A DNA stretch of 64,000 nucleotides from a virus: the IMG/VR virus record IMGVR_UViG_3300025117_000042, positions 39,541 to 103,540 of that record. One strand, 5' to 3'. Position numbers and translations under genes: made by a program. Shown here piece by piece: positions 37,002 through 45,845 of this stretch (positions are counted from its first letter, which is position 1; each line of letters opens with the position of its first letter). The notes under the pieces were generated by a model. The model was not told where the DNA came from and made no database searches. It saw only the letters and a program-made list of their open reading frames with translations.

Positions 37002-37541
37002 ATGATTGTGCTTGTCGATATGGATGGAATTGTAGCTAAGTTAGAAGAACCTTGGCTAGCTTTGTATAACAAAGATTATGATGACTGTCTTGTGTCAGAG
37101 GATATGACTGATTTCGATTGGTCGAAGATAGTAAAGCCTGAATGTGGCACTAAGATCTTCAGTTATTTAGCTACAGAAGGCTTATTTCTTAACTGTGAGC
37201 CTTACGAAAACTCAGTTGATGCTTTATTACAACTATATTTAGACAAGCACGAACTGTATTTTGTAACAAAAGCTCATAATCTGGCAAAGTTTGCCGTTAT
37301 AGAGAAGATGGATTGGGTTGACAAGCACTTTCCGTTCATAGGTCGAGATAAAGTTATTTGTACAGGTTATAAGCACTTGATTCGTGGAGATGTTTTAATA
37401 GATGACTACCACAAAAACTTCCGTGGTTTTCAGGGTAAGAAGCTCCTGTTTGATCGTCCCTGGAATAGGAGTGCTTGCGAGATTGATCTGGTGAGAGTTT
37501 ACACCTGGGATCATGTACTTTATGAAATAGAGAATATGTAA
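37002..37541 (+). CDS. 5'(3')-deoxyribonucleotidase (HAD, NT5C-like)
   Basis: VDMDGIV, K..WV..HFPF, LIDD and F..PWN motifs; ATG 37002 with AGGAG SD. Confidence 0.88.
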   Translation: MIVLVDMDGIVAKLEEPWLALYNKDYDDCLVSEDMTDFDWSKIVKPECGTKIFSYLATEGLFLNCEPYENSVDALLQLYLDKHELYFVTKAHNLAKFAVIEKMDWVDKHFPFIGRDKVICTGYKHLIRGDVLIDDYHKNFRGFQGKKLLFDRPWNRSACEIDLVRVYTWDHVLYEIENM

Positions 37542-38902
37542 TGCTTGACGGTGTGTTTCCTTCACAAAATAGTTTCTCAGAGGTAAACGATCATCTGTTT
37601 ATCCCTGCACTGTACGCTCTTAAAGAGGTAGAGAAGCAGGGATTTACTATTGATATGAATAAGTTTCTCTGTTTAGAGGAAGGTTACACAGTAAAGCTGA
37701 ATCAACTGGAGGATAGAGTCAGGAGCTATCCTGAAGTATTGAGTGTAGAAAAGAAGATAGACAAGAAGTTTAACCTTAATTCAGGGGATCAGATACATGA
37801 GCTGTTCTTTGTAGAGATGGGTCTATCTCCTGAAGGTATAGAACCGACAGATAGCGGTAAACGGTTAAGCACTGGTAAGAAGACCATAGCAAAGCTGAAA
37901 GATAAGCATGAGATAGTAGAGCTTATCAATCAGCATAAGAAGTACGCCACACTGTATAAGATGTTCGTTAAGCCATTGAGGAAGCACATTTGTCTTGATG
38001 GCAGGGTACATTGTGTCTATCTCCCTCTTACAAAGACAGGGAGGCTTATCTGTTTCGATCCAAACCTTCAGCAGATACCAAAGAACATAAAAGCTGCTGA
38101 CATAGGTTTCGACTTCGATCCTGCTCTGAACATAAAAACTATGTATATTCCATTCGATAAAGATTATTTATTGATGGAAGCTGACTATAGCCAGATGGAG
38201 CTTAGAATCCTTGCAGCCTATTGCCAGGATGAGGTGATGAAGGGGATCTTACTGCGGGGAGAGGATATTCACTTAGCTACAGGTCAGGCTATGGCCGATA
38301 TCGTGGAGCCTGGGGTTATTGTAGACAAGGACAGCAAATGGAGGAAAGCAGCAAAGACAATCAACTTTGGTATTATATATGGCGAGGGTGACAAGGCTCT
38401 AGCCGAGGCTCTGCATGTAACAGAGAAGGAAGCAAAACAGTTTAAGCGTAACTACTTCGATAGCATGCCTGGGGTTGAAACCTTCCTTGATGATGTATAC
38501 AATTTCGTATACGAAAATAGGTATGTTACTACAATGTTTGGGAATTACCGGAGGTTGTTGGGGGTAACATCTCCTCAGAAGTTTGTCAGGTTTGAGGCAC
38601 TGCGGCAAGCTTTGAACATGCCGATCCAAGGTACAGCAGGGCAGTACACTATCTGTGCTATTATAAACATCATTGATATTATACGTAAGTACAAGATGAA
38701 GTCTCGTATAATAGCAACAATTCACGACTCCATTATGTTTTGTGTACATAAAGATGAGATAAAACAAATGGCAGAGATAGCTCAGACAGTTATGGCGAAT
38801 CCTACTAACCCATTGATTTATTGGGATCTAGGTGTACCACTGAAAGCAGATTTGAAGTTGAGTGAAAATAGTTGGGCGGATCTGAAAGATTTTACACCGT
38901 AA
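37541..38902 (+). CDS. polA: DNA polymerase family A, polymerase-domain subunit
   Basis: TKTGRL...PNLQQIP; motif A DYSQMELR; motif B RKAAKTINFGIIYG; motif C IHDS. Confidence 0.93.
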   Translation: MLDGVFPSQNSFSEVNDHLFIPALYALKEVEKQGFTIDMNKFLCLEEGYTVKLNQLEDRVRSYPEVLSVEKKIDKKFNLNSGDQIHELFFVEMGLSPEGIEPTDSGKRLSTGKKTIAKLKDKHEIVELINQHKKYATLYKMFVKPLRKHICLDGRVHCVYLPLTKTGRLICFDPNLQQIPKNIKAADIGFDFDPALNIKTMYIPFDKDYLLMEADYSQMELRILAAYCQDEVMKGILLRGEDIHLATGQAMADIVEPGVIVDKDSKWRKAAKTINFGIIYGEGDKALAEALHVTEKEAKQFKRNYFDSMPGVETFLDDVYNFVYENRYVTTMFGNYRRLLGVTSPQKFVRFEALRQALNMPIQGTAGQYTICAIINIIDIIRKYKMKSRIIATIHDSIMFCVHKDEIKQMAEIAQTVMANPTNPLIYWDLGVPLKADLKLSENSWADLKDFTP

Positions 38903-38960
38903 CGGGTATATACCCTAGTATGAGGGCTAAATTCCAACAGGGAGGATTAAAGGATAGTAT

Positions 38961-39464
38961 ATGGTAAAACACGATGCAGGAATTTTGAAGTTGTCTATTA
39001 CATTGGATCGTAAGTATGAGTGTGACTTGAACACTGACCTTGATATCGACAAAGGAGCTATAGATAAAGCTTTGTCGGATCAGCCTTCTATGTTTGCGTG
39101 GTACGCAGTGTTGAGTGAGATGGCTAAAGCAGCTGCTCTGTCGGCAAAAAATGACCTGGAATTGACAGAGGCTGAGTTGGATCAGCAGATAAGGAGAGAG
39201 TGGGATACAGACAAGTACGGAAAAATGACTGAAGCAGGTATACAGTCTATTATGCGAATGCTCACAAAGCATAAAAGAGCTGTAGAAGCCTATCATACAG
39301 CAAAGAAGAATGAAGGAATAATGGCTGTAGCAAAGCAGTCGTTCGAACAGCGTAAGGACATGCTTATCAGTATTGCTTCCAACATGAGAGCTGAGATGGA
39401 TGTGAATCTCAGAATCAATAAGCAATCAGTAGCAGAGAAAATCAGAAAGATAAAGGAGAGCTAA
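38961..39464 (+). CDS. UvsY-like recombination mediator
   Basis: QP..FAWY, FEQRKDMLISI...R.E; helical; precedes the SSB. Confidence 0.65.
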   Translation: MVKHDAGILKLSITLDRKYECDLNTDLDIDKGAIDKALSDQPSMFAWYAVLSEMAKAAALSAKNDLELTEAELDQQIRREWDTDKYGKMTEAGIQSIMRMLTKHKRAVEAYHTAKKNEGIMAVAKQSFEQRKDMLISIASNMRAEMDVNLRINKQSVAEKIRKIKES

Positions 39465-39467
39465 GTA

Positions 39468-40493
39468 ATGGCATTCTCAGCGGAAGATGCAAAGAAGAAA
39501 CTGGCAGAGCTTAAAGCAAAAAACAAGGGAGGTGATTATTTACAGTGGAAAGATGGTGCTAACAATCTTAGGGTACTGTGTGACGAGGATCTTGATTGGT
39601 ACGCTGAGGTAGACTTGCATTATTTTAAAGTAGGCAAGGATACAATGGCTGTAGCTTGTAACAAGTCGATAGATGGCAGTGACTGTTACTTCTGTAATAT
39701 GGTAGAAGCTCTGTATGCTACTAAAGATAAAAATGATAAGGAGCTGGCAGGTAGGCTAAAGGCAAAGACACGCTTTTATGCTAATGTAATAGATCGTGAT
39801 GATGACAATAAGATCAAAGTAGCTCAGTTTGGTTCTCAGGTGTTGGAAGGTATGCTAAAGTATTTTGCTCATATCGACTACCAAGATGATTTGTTCACAA
39901 AACCTGATGGGTTTAATTATGATTTTATTGTCACAAAAGCCGGAGAAGGCAAGGATAATACCAAGTATTCTGTTGAGGCTCGTAAGAATCCATCGAAGTT
40001 GGGTGTAAAGAGAGAAGATATCAAGCTTGCCGATCTTAACGCTCTGGCAACAACAGAAGTGTTTACTGCCGATGAGCAGGAGAAGTTGCTGGATGGCACA
40101 AGCAAGGAAGATATTATAAAAGCTAGGAAAGGGGGAGGCGATACAAAGAAGGAGACTAAGAAAGAAACCAAGAAAGAAGAACCTGCGCGTAAAGCGAAAC
40201 CGGAAGTCAAGAAGATGAGTCCAGAAGACAAGTATGCTGAGTATATTAGCAAACTTCCGATGGAGATTCCTAAAGTCAAGAAGCTGTACAACCTGTGGTT
40301 GGAAGATGATGGCACAGAAGAAGGTATCCTTGCCCTGGTCGAGAAGTATGGCGAGGATGATGATCCACCTGTTCCGCCTGAAGAGGAAGAAACTACACCT
40401 GAAACTGAGTCCGGTGATGGAGAGGAATCAGATCTGGATGCAGAGATTAAGGCAGCAGCCGCACGTTTTGCTAAAGGTAAAGGTAAAAAATAA
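39468..40493 (+). CDS. Single-stranded DNA-binding protein (gp32-like)
   Basis: G.N.LRVL, H...C...C.FC Zn site, FYANVIDR, TKY.V; acidic tail. Confidence 0.8.
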   Translation: MAFSAEDAKKKLAELKAKNKGGDYLQWKDGANNLRVLCDEDLDWYAEVDLHYFKVGKDTMAVACNKSIDGSDCYFCNMVEALYATKDKNDKELAGRLKAKTRFYANVIDRDDDNKIKVAQFGSQVLEGMLKYFAHIDYQDDLFTKPDGFNYDFIVTKAGEGKDNTKYSVEARKNPSKLGVKREDIKLADLNALATTEVFTADEQEKLLDGTSKEDIIKARKGGGDTKKETKKETKKEEPARKAKPEVKKMSPEDKYAEYISKLPMEIPKVKKLYNLWLEDDGTEEGILALVEKYGEDDDPPVPPEEEETTPETESGDGEESDLDAEIKAAAARFAKGKGKK

Positions 40494-40513
40494 TATAAGG
40501 AGTGAATTTTCTT

Positions 40514-40693
40514 ATGGATGAGTTTCAAAAGCTTGAAAAGGTCATTGCTGAAGCAAGGACTGATGCAGATAAGTTCTTTAACAGAGGTAACAATGCAGCT
40601 GGGACAAGACTTCGTGCTCATATGCAGACCATTAAGCAGCTGGCACAATCAGTAAGGATTAACGTATCTGAAGCAAGAAGTTCCGAGCAGTAA
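40514..40693 (+). CDS. Hc1-type histone H1-like protein
   Basis: D..KF...GN.AAGTR.R.....K......R pattern of the Hc1 family. Confidence 0.8.
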   Translation: MDEFQKLEKVIAEARTDADKFFNRGNNAAGTRLRAHMQTIKQLAQSVRINVSEARSSEQ

Positions 40694-40710
40694 AGATATC
40701 TATTACAACC

Positions 40711-40748
40711 AAAAGGCACTAGGACTGATACTCTTAGTGCCTTTTTTT
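40711..40748 (+). terminator. Intrinsic (possibly bidirectional) terminator
   Basis: AAAAGGCACTAGGA-CTGATAC-TCTTAGTGCCTTTTTTT. Confidence 0.8.
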
Positions 40749-40757
40749 GGAGGTTTT

Positions 40758-41039
40758 GTGAATGTTGATACTATAAATGGTTTGTTTGAGCTAGTAGGGG
40801 GGATTATTTGTTGGTTGAATGTAAGAAAGCTTCTAATAGATAAAAGCATCAAAGGTGTGCATTGGGGTGTACAAGCCTTTTTCTCTGTATGGGGCGTGTG
40901 GAATTTATATTATTATCCGTCATTAGGCCAGTGGTGTTCTTTTTGGGGGGGTGTTTTCCTTATGACCGGTAATGCTATATGGACTGTATTAGCTATACAT
41001 TATATAAGAAAGGAAAGAGATTATGGCAGAGTTCTGTAA
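40758..41039 (+). CDS. PQ-loop/SemiSWEET-like three-TM membrane protein
   Basis: Three TM segments; V.KL..DK...GV motif; GTG start after GGAGG. Confidence 0.55.
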   Translation: MNVDTINGLFELVGGIICWLNVRKLLIDKSIKGVHWGVQAFFSVWGVWNLYYYPSLGQWCSFWGGVFLMTGNAIWTVLAIHYIRKERDYGRVL

Positions 41040-41223
41040 CCAATGTGCTAAGATGTATGGCTTTCCTGAAGGAGACTTCAAGACAGAAGAGAAATTGGAG
41101 CCAGGGTTAGGCTGGGGAGTACTTTGTGAAGGTTGTGGCCCGATTCTGGTTGATTCAGACGGTAATTGCTTAGCTGAGAGTATGGGGTTCAAGTGTGATG
41201 AACCAAGTCACTATTGCAAGTAA
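41023..41223 (+). CDS. Small Zn-binding protein
   Basis: MAEFCxxC...LCEGCG..VD..G.C. Confidence 0.6.
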   Translation: MAEFCNQCAKMYGFPEGDFKTEEKLEPGLGWGVLCEGCGPILVDSDGNCLAESMGFKCDEPSHYCK

Positions 41224-41235
41224 GGAGAACAGTAC

Positions 41236-42354
41236 ATGGCAGTGAGAAAAAGCAAGGGAGCAGATCCAGTAGATGATCTAATAGATTCAGCGGTTAAAGC
41301 AGTACAAGGCAAGTTCGGTAAGGAGTCAGTAACAAGGCTTAACAATAGTTCCGATCTGGCTACTATCAAGAGCCATACCAGTTTTGGTCATTGGGGGCTG
41401 GATCGTATTACTGGTGGTGGTGCTCCTGCTGGTAGGTTGGTAGAGCTGTACGGTGCTAACTCAGTAGGGAAGAGCTTTCTAATAGATGCTCTGCTTGCCA
41501 ACTGTCAAGCTCAAGGTGGGATAGCTATATTAGATGACATGGAACATGCCTATGATCGTTTCTTCGGTGAGATTGCTGGTGTAGACAACGATAGGTTGAT
41601 ATACATGGCATCTGAAACTGTTGAGGAGTTTTGGGATCGGATGGAGTGTACTTTGGTTAGTATATTAACAAAGAATCCCAATGCATACATTCTGTACGCT
41701 GGAGACAGTATCGCTCAGGTTCCCTCCAAAGAAGAGAAGAATACCGATCTGGATGATGTAGGTGGATTCAGGACTGAGAAAGCTACAGCCATTACTATAG
41801 GAGCCAGGAAGACCACTAGCTTGATAGGCAAGCACAATGTAGCCTTAGTGATAGTGAATCAGCTGAAACATAAGGTAGGAGTTATGTTTGGCTCTGATGA
41901 GTATTGCGCTGGTGGTGATGCTTTAGGTTTTTGGGCATCTATTAGACTCCGCTTGTCTATTATAGACATGATCCGTGGCAACTTTGATGATGAGGACATG
42001 ACAGCTGCGGAGGAGCTTGAAGAGGATAAGAAGAAGGATAAGAAGAAAGGTGCTCCGAAGAAGGATAGCCCGATCATCGGTGTGCGTGGCAAGGCAATAG
42101 CCAAAAAGAATAAGATAGTGAAACCGTTCCAAGAAACGGAGTTCGATCTGTACTTTGATAAGGGGCTTGACTATACCAGCGGCTGCTTTGATCTACTACG
42201 TAAAGACGGCATAGTATCACCTGGATGTAACAAGGATGGAGAGATGACAAAAGGCTGGTATCTGTACGATGGCGCTAACTGGCGAAAGAAAGAGCTGGAG
42301 CAGCACTTTAGAGAACATCCAGACCTGTTGAAACAATACTCTAATCTGAGGTGA
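41236..42354 (+). CDS. recA: RecA/UvsX recombinase
   Basis: LD...GGG.P.GR.VELYG..S.GKS, D.EHA.D, DS.A, NQL, GG.AL.F.AS.RL and KNK..PF motifs. Confidence 0.95.
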   Translation: MAVRKSKGADPVDDLIDSAVKAVQGKFGKESVTRLNNSSDLATIKSHTSFGHWGLDRITGGGAPAGRLVELYGANSVGKSFLIDALLANCQAQGGIAILDDMEHAYDRFFGEIAGVDNDRLIYMASETVEEFWDRMECTLVSILTKNPNAYILYAGDSIAQVPSKEEKNTDLDDVGGFRTEKATAITIGARKTTSLIGKHNVALVIVNQLKHKVGVMFGSDEYCAGGDALGFWASIRLRLSIIDMIRGNFDDEDMTAAEELEEDKKKDKKKGAPKKDSPIIGVRGKAIAKKNKIVKPFQETEFDLYFDKGLDYTSGCFDLLRKDGIVSPGCNKDGEMTKGWYLYDGANWRKKELEQHFREHPDLLKQYSNLR

Positions 42355-42357
42355 TGT

Positions 42358-42684
42358 ATGAATAAGAAAGCAGTCATTGAAAAAATAGTGGAAAAGGTTT
42401 TAAATACGACCTTAAAGGATGGCAAGTATTTAGGCCAAGAGGGTATCTTTGACCCTTTCCTGTTTGTTACTCATGACACTATTGTATTAAATTATATCAA
42501 TACTCATTGGAGCACCGAGGATAAGACAAAGTTTCTGCGCTGGTATGGTTCACTACAACAACGTAGGTTATATAATAGAATGACACATAAAGATCATTCT
42601 ACAACGAAGGTTGGAGTTCAGCTACCTGGAGACTACAGCCTAGCAGCATTGAGGGTTTTAGGGATAGATCCGTGGCAACTCTAA
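42358..42684 (+). CDS. Hypothetical protein
   Basis: GAGGTG SD; fills the gap between recA and the exonuclease. Confidence 0.55.
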   Translation: MNKKAVIEKIVEKVLNTTLKDGKYLGQEGIFDPFLFVTHDTIVLNYINTHWSTEDKTKFLRWYGSLQQRRLYNRMTHKDHSTTKVGVQLPGDYSLAALRVLGIDPWQL

Positions 42685-43574
42685 TAGTAGACGGCAATAA
42701 TTTAGCCAAACGAGTTTGGAAAGGCACTCCAATGCTTACTACCTCCTCTGGTAAGCATGTGTCTACCATTTTTGGGGTGCTGAGGGCTTTGCGTTCAGGG
42801 GTGGTACGATTTAAGCCTTCAGAAGTTCTCGTTACCTGGGATGACCACCCCAAAGCTCGTTTGGCTATTTTTCCTGAATACAAAAAGAAACGTAAGGAAA
42901 AGAGGAAGGAGTTCACTCCTGAAGAGGAAGAGGAGTACAGGCAGCATAACGAGCAGGTTAAGGAGCTATTTAATATAATAGCAATGTTGGGGGTTCATCA
43001 GTACAAGGGTAAGAATATTGAGGCAGACGATATAATAGCATTGCTAGCTAAGGAATCCAGCGATAAAGCTATTATCTTATCTGAGGATAAAGACTTCCTT
43101 CAGCTGGTATCGGAGAAGGTGCATGTTTACCGGCCTATGGCAGACAAGTATTATACTGTGGACAATTTTGAGGAGCATACTGGTGTGGCTACACCTGAGA
43201 TGTATCTGCATGTTCGCTTTATTACTGGTGATAGCTCTGACGAGATACCTGGGGTGCCAGGGTTCAAGGAGACAAGAGCTTTGCCGTTAATCCAGAAGCA
43301 TGGTGATATTAGAAAAGTTATGGCGGCAGCTAAACTTGAAAAAGGTAAGCTAATGCAGACACTTGCAAGTTCTACAAAAACTATAGCTCGTAACATTTTG
43401 TTGATGGATTTAAGGTACTCCGTTGACTTTATGTACGATGAGTTATATAATATAAGATATGAGGGTAGTTTTGACGAAAGAGAATTTAGAGCCACACTAA
43501 TTAAATATGAGTTTTATAGCTTCCTCCGAAACATGAGGGAGTTTATGCTGCCATTCAAGAACCTAGTGAGGTAG
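42672..43574 (+). CDS. 5'-3' exonuclease/flap endonuclease (Pol I N-domain-like)
   Basis: VDGNN, YK..R, EADDII, S.DKDFLQL and GDSSD.IPGVPG motifs. Confidence 0.93.
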   Translation: MATLIVDGNNLAKRVWKGTPMLTTSSGKHVSTIFGVLRALRSGVVRFKPSEVLVTWDDHPKARLAIFPEYKKKRKEKRKEFTPEEEEEYRQHNEQVKELFNIIAMLGVHQYKGKNIEADDIIALLAKESSDKAIILSEDKDFLQLVSEKVHVYRPMADKYYTVDNFEEHTGVATPEMYLHVRFITGDSSDEIPGVPGFKETRALPLIQKHGDIRKVMAAAKLEKGKLMQTLASSTKTIARNILLMDLRYSVDFMYDELYNIRYEGSFDEREFRATLIKYEFYSFLRNMREFMLPFKNLVR

Positions 43575-43578
43575 AAGG

Positions 43579-43842
43579 ATGCAGAGGAAAGCTAAGGGTG
43601 CTCCGGTAGTTGATGAGGAGGAGTTAACATCGGCTGAGAAGGATAGGAGAAAGCGGTTATTTAATAGAAAGCTCAAAAGCCCTTGCTTGATCTGTGAAAA
43701 GCCCAACATACCACGTTGTATAAGGAAGTGCAAGACGTTAGAATGCTTCCAGCAAGCCTTAAGAAGTGTACCTTTGTATCAGAAAGCAGTAAATACTGAG
43801 GATAATTCTTATGTGATAATGTATGACAGTGAGGAGGAATGA
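43579..43842 (+). CDS. Small Cys-rich basic protein
   Basis: SPC..C....P.C...C pattern. Confidence 0.5.
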   Translation: MQRKAKGAPVVDEEELTSAEKDRRKRLFNRKLKSPCLICEKPNIPRCIRKCKTLECFQQALRSVPLYQKAVNTEDNSYVIMYDSEEE

Positions 43843-43857
43843 AAGGGGAAAATTACA

Positions 43858-44199
43858 ATGGCTAAAACTTCTGTGAAGTCCGAAGATCGTACACGCAAAG
43901 TCAGTAACGCACGTATCTATGAGGATGGAGAAATGATAGCTGTAATGGATGGAACAGTAGAAGAAGTAGAGAAGATGGCTCAGAGGTTCCGCAACAGCTC
44001 AAAGCGTAAAGGTGCTGTTGTAGCTCTTAAGTATGAAGGTAAGAAGGTAGAGTTCACTGAAGTAAAATCATTGTCAAAAGAACATAATCCTGACTATGCA
44101 ATAGAAGCAAACGGTGAATGGTTTAATGATAGGGCAAGGCACAATCCCAAAAAGAAAAAAGTAGTTGCGCCTACACTTCCTGTCAGAAAGGCGAAATGA
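43858..44199 (+). CDS. Basic hypothetical protein ending in PVRKAK
   Basis: SD present; ATGA coupling to the next gene. Confidence 0.6.
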   Translation: MAKTSVKSEDRTRKVSNARIYEDGEMIAVMDGTVEEVEKMAQRFRNSSKRKGAVVALKYEGKKVEFTEVKSLSKEHNPDYAIEANGEWFNDRARHNPKKKKVVAPTLPVRKAK

Positions 44200-45233
44200 T
44201 GGATGTTGTAGTCTTTGCAGATGTTCATGCCCATAAACACTCTCAGTTTTCCACTCCAGATCCAGAATTCGGGACTAATAGAATGAGACACATAATCCTT
44301 TGTCTTAGACAGGCAAGGGATTATGCTATTGATAATAGTATAAAGCATGTCTTTATAGTAGGTGACTTGTTTCATTCGAGAGGGATATTGTCTGTTGAGG
44401 TCTATGATCTGATACTGGATGAGATAAAAGCAATGAAGGATATGGATCTGAACGTGATTATAGTTGCAGGTAATCACGATCAAGCTAACAAGTCAGGCTC
44501 TATTACATCTATCAAAGGACTACAAGCCTATGCTGATGTGATAGAGCGATTCTTTATTGATGATGATATAGCTTTCATTCCATTCAGTGAGAGTAAGGAA
44601 GAGATAATAGAACAGTTTGCTATATGTAGATCCAAGAAAGTAAAGAGAGTGTTTGCACATATACCTGTAGCCGGTGGTGAGATGGTGGATGGTTACTACT
44701 CATCCTCTGCTTATGAGGTATCTCTTTCTGACATACAGCCGAAAGCTTTTAACTTTGTAGCTATGGGGCATTACCATATCCCTCAATTCATAAGCAATTC
44801 GAATGTGTTCTATTTGGGTAGTCTATTACATCATTCGTTTGCTGACAGTGGACAGGCTAAGGGGTTCTGGCATATGAAGCTTAGATCTGGAGAGGATCAG
44901 TCTGTATTTTGTCCTACTCTTTATCCAAAATTCATCAAGGCAGATCTGCCAGATAAGAAGTCACTGTTAAAATTCCTTAAAGAGTATAACGGAAACAACT
45001 TCTACAAGGTAGTGATGAGTTCAAAGCTATCGCTTCCTGATACCATAGACAATGTTATAATAGAAGTTATGCAGGAAGAGTTTAAGCATAAGCAACGCTT
45101 GCAAGGCATAGGTGAAGGTTTAAGCTCTAGTCCTATGGAGGTCGTAGAGGCTTATCTGAGGTATAAGGGTATATCTAATATACAAGCTTATGCAGCTTAT
45201 GCTAACAGTGTGTTTAGTAGGTTGGAGAAATAA
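44196..45233 (+). CDS. sbcD: SbcD/Mre11-like nuclease
   Basis: D.H, GDLF, GNHD, H and GHYH metallophosphoesterase motifs. Confidence 0.9.
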   Translation: MMDVVVFADVHAHKHSQFSTPDPEFGTNRMRHIILCLRQARDYAIDNSIKHVFIVGDLFHSRGILSVEVYDLILDEIKAMKDMDLNVIIVAGNHDQANKSGSITSIKGLQAYADVIERFFIDDDIAFIPFSESKEEIIEQFAICRSKKVKRVFAHIPVAGGEMVDGYYSSSAYEVSLSDIQPKAFNFVAMGHYHIPQFISNSNVFYLGSLLHHSFADSGQAKGFWHMKLRSGEDQSVFCPTLYPKFIKADLPDKKSLLKFLKEYNGNNFYKVVMSSKLSLPDTIDNVIIEVMQEEFKHKQRLQGIGEGLSSSPMEVVEAYLRYKGISNIQAYAAYANSVFSRLEK

Positions 45234-45266
45234 GCATTTTTTAGGGATATTAACTATAGAGGGGAG

Positions 45267-45509
45267 GTGATACCGATGGCTGAAGTAACGAAGAACATAA
45301 CGAACCAGCATGATGAAATCAAAACGATTTGCAACAGTGAAAACTGTGGTGCTGTGCAGACCACACCAACAAAGGTTTATTACAGAGTTGGTGGGGCTAG
45401 GTGCTCCAAATGCAAGGTAGGAACGTTACGTGCTGCTATGAATACCAGTAAAAGGCAGACTCACAAAAATAGCCGGGATCGTAAACCTCGCGGTGGACAG
45501 AAAGGATAA
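45267..45509 (+). CDS. Small Zn-ribbon protein
   Basis: C...CG...CxxC. Confidence 0.5.
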   Translation: MIPMAEVTKNITNQHDEIKTICNSENCGAVQTTPTKVYYRVGGARCSKCKVGTLRAAMNTSKRQTHKNSRDRKPRGGQKG

Positions 45510-45515
45510 TAGACA

Positions 45516-45845
45516 ATGTTACATGTGACAACTGAGAATGTGATCGTAAAAGGCGAGAAGTTTGTAAGGGTAAAAAAGATACGGGCAATGAAGCATAAGC
45601 AATTGCCCGATATGTATGTCAGTGATCCACATGGCAGAGCGGTGTACCTGACAGATGACAACAAAGAACTGATAACTCCCAAGAACTTCTGTGTTATGAA
45701 GGTTGGGGAACTGTATGAGCTGGAATTTTTCTCAAGCAAACTTGCTTTTATAGAGGAGTGCGGGGAACGGCTCATGCGGATTAAGCTGTATCTGGCAAAA
45801 GAAAATGAGAACTATGCTGGTGTCCTGGTTACACATCACATATGA
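45516..45845 (+). CDS. Hypothetical protein
   Basis: Coupled to sbcC by ATGA. Confidence 0.55.
   Translation: MLHVTTENVIVKGEKFVRVKKIRAMKHKQLPDMYVSDPHGRAVYLTDDNKELITPKNFCVMKVGELYELEFFSSKLAFIEECGERLMRIKLYLAKENENYAGVLVTHHI

Noticed and set aside
36566-37541. Intron, intein or stop-codon recoding explaining the split polymerase
   Set aside because: The gap holds two intact metabolic genes. No homing endonuclease or intein termini are visible, and all three stop codons are used normally across the window.
39917-40648. 243-aa Ser/Phe-rich minus-strand ORF
   Set aside because: Mirror of the Lys/Glu-rich SSB codons.
41975-42070. Intein in RecA
   Set aside because: The insertion is only ~28 charged residues, with no C/S...HN splice motifs.
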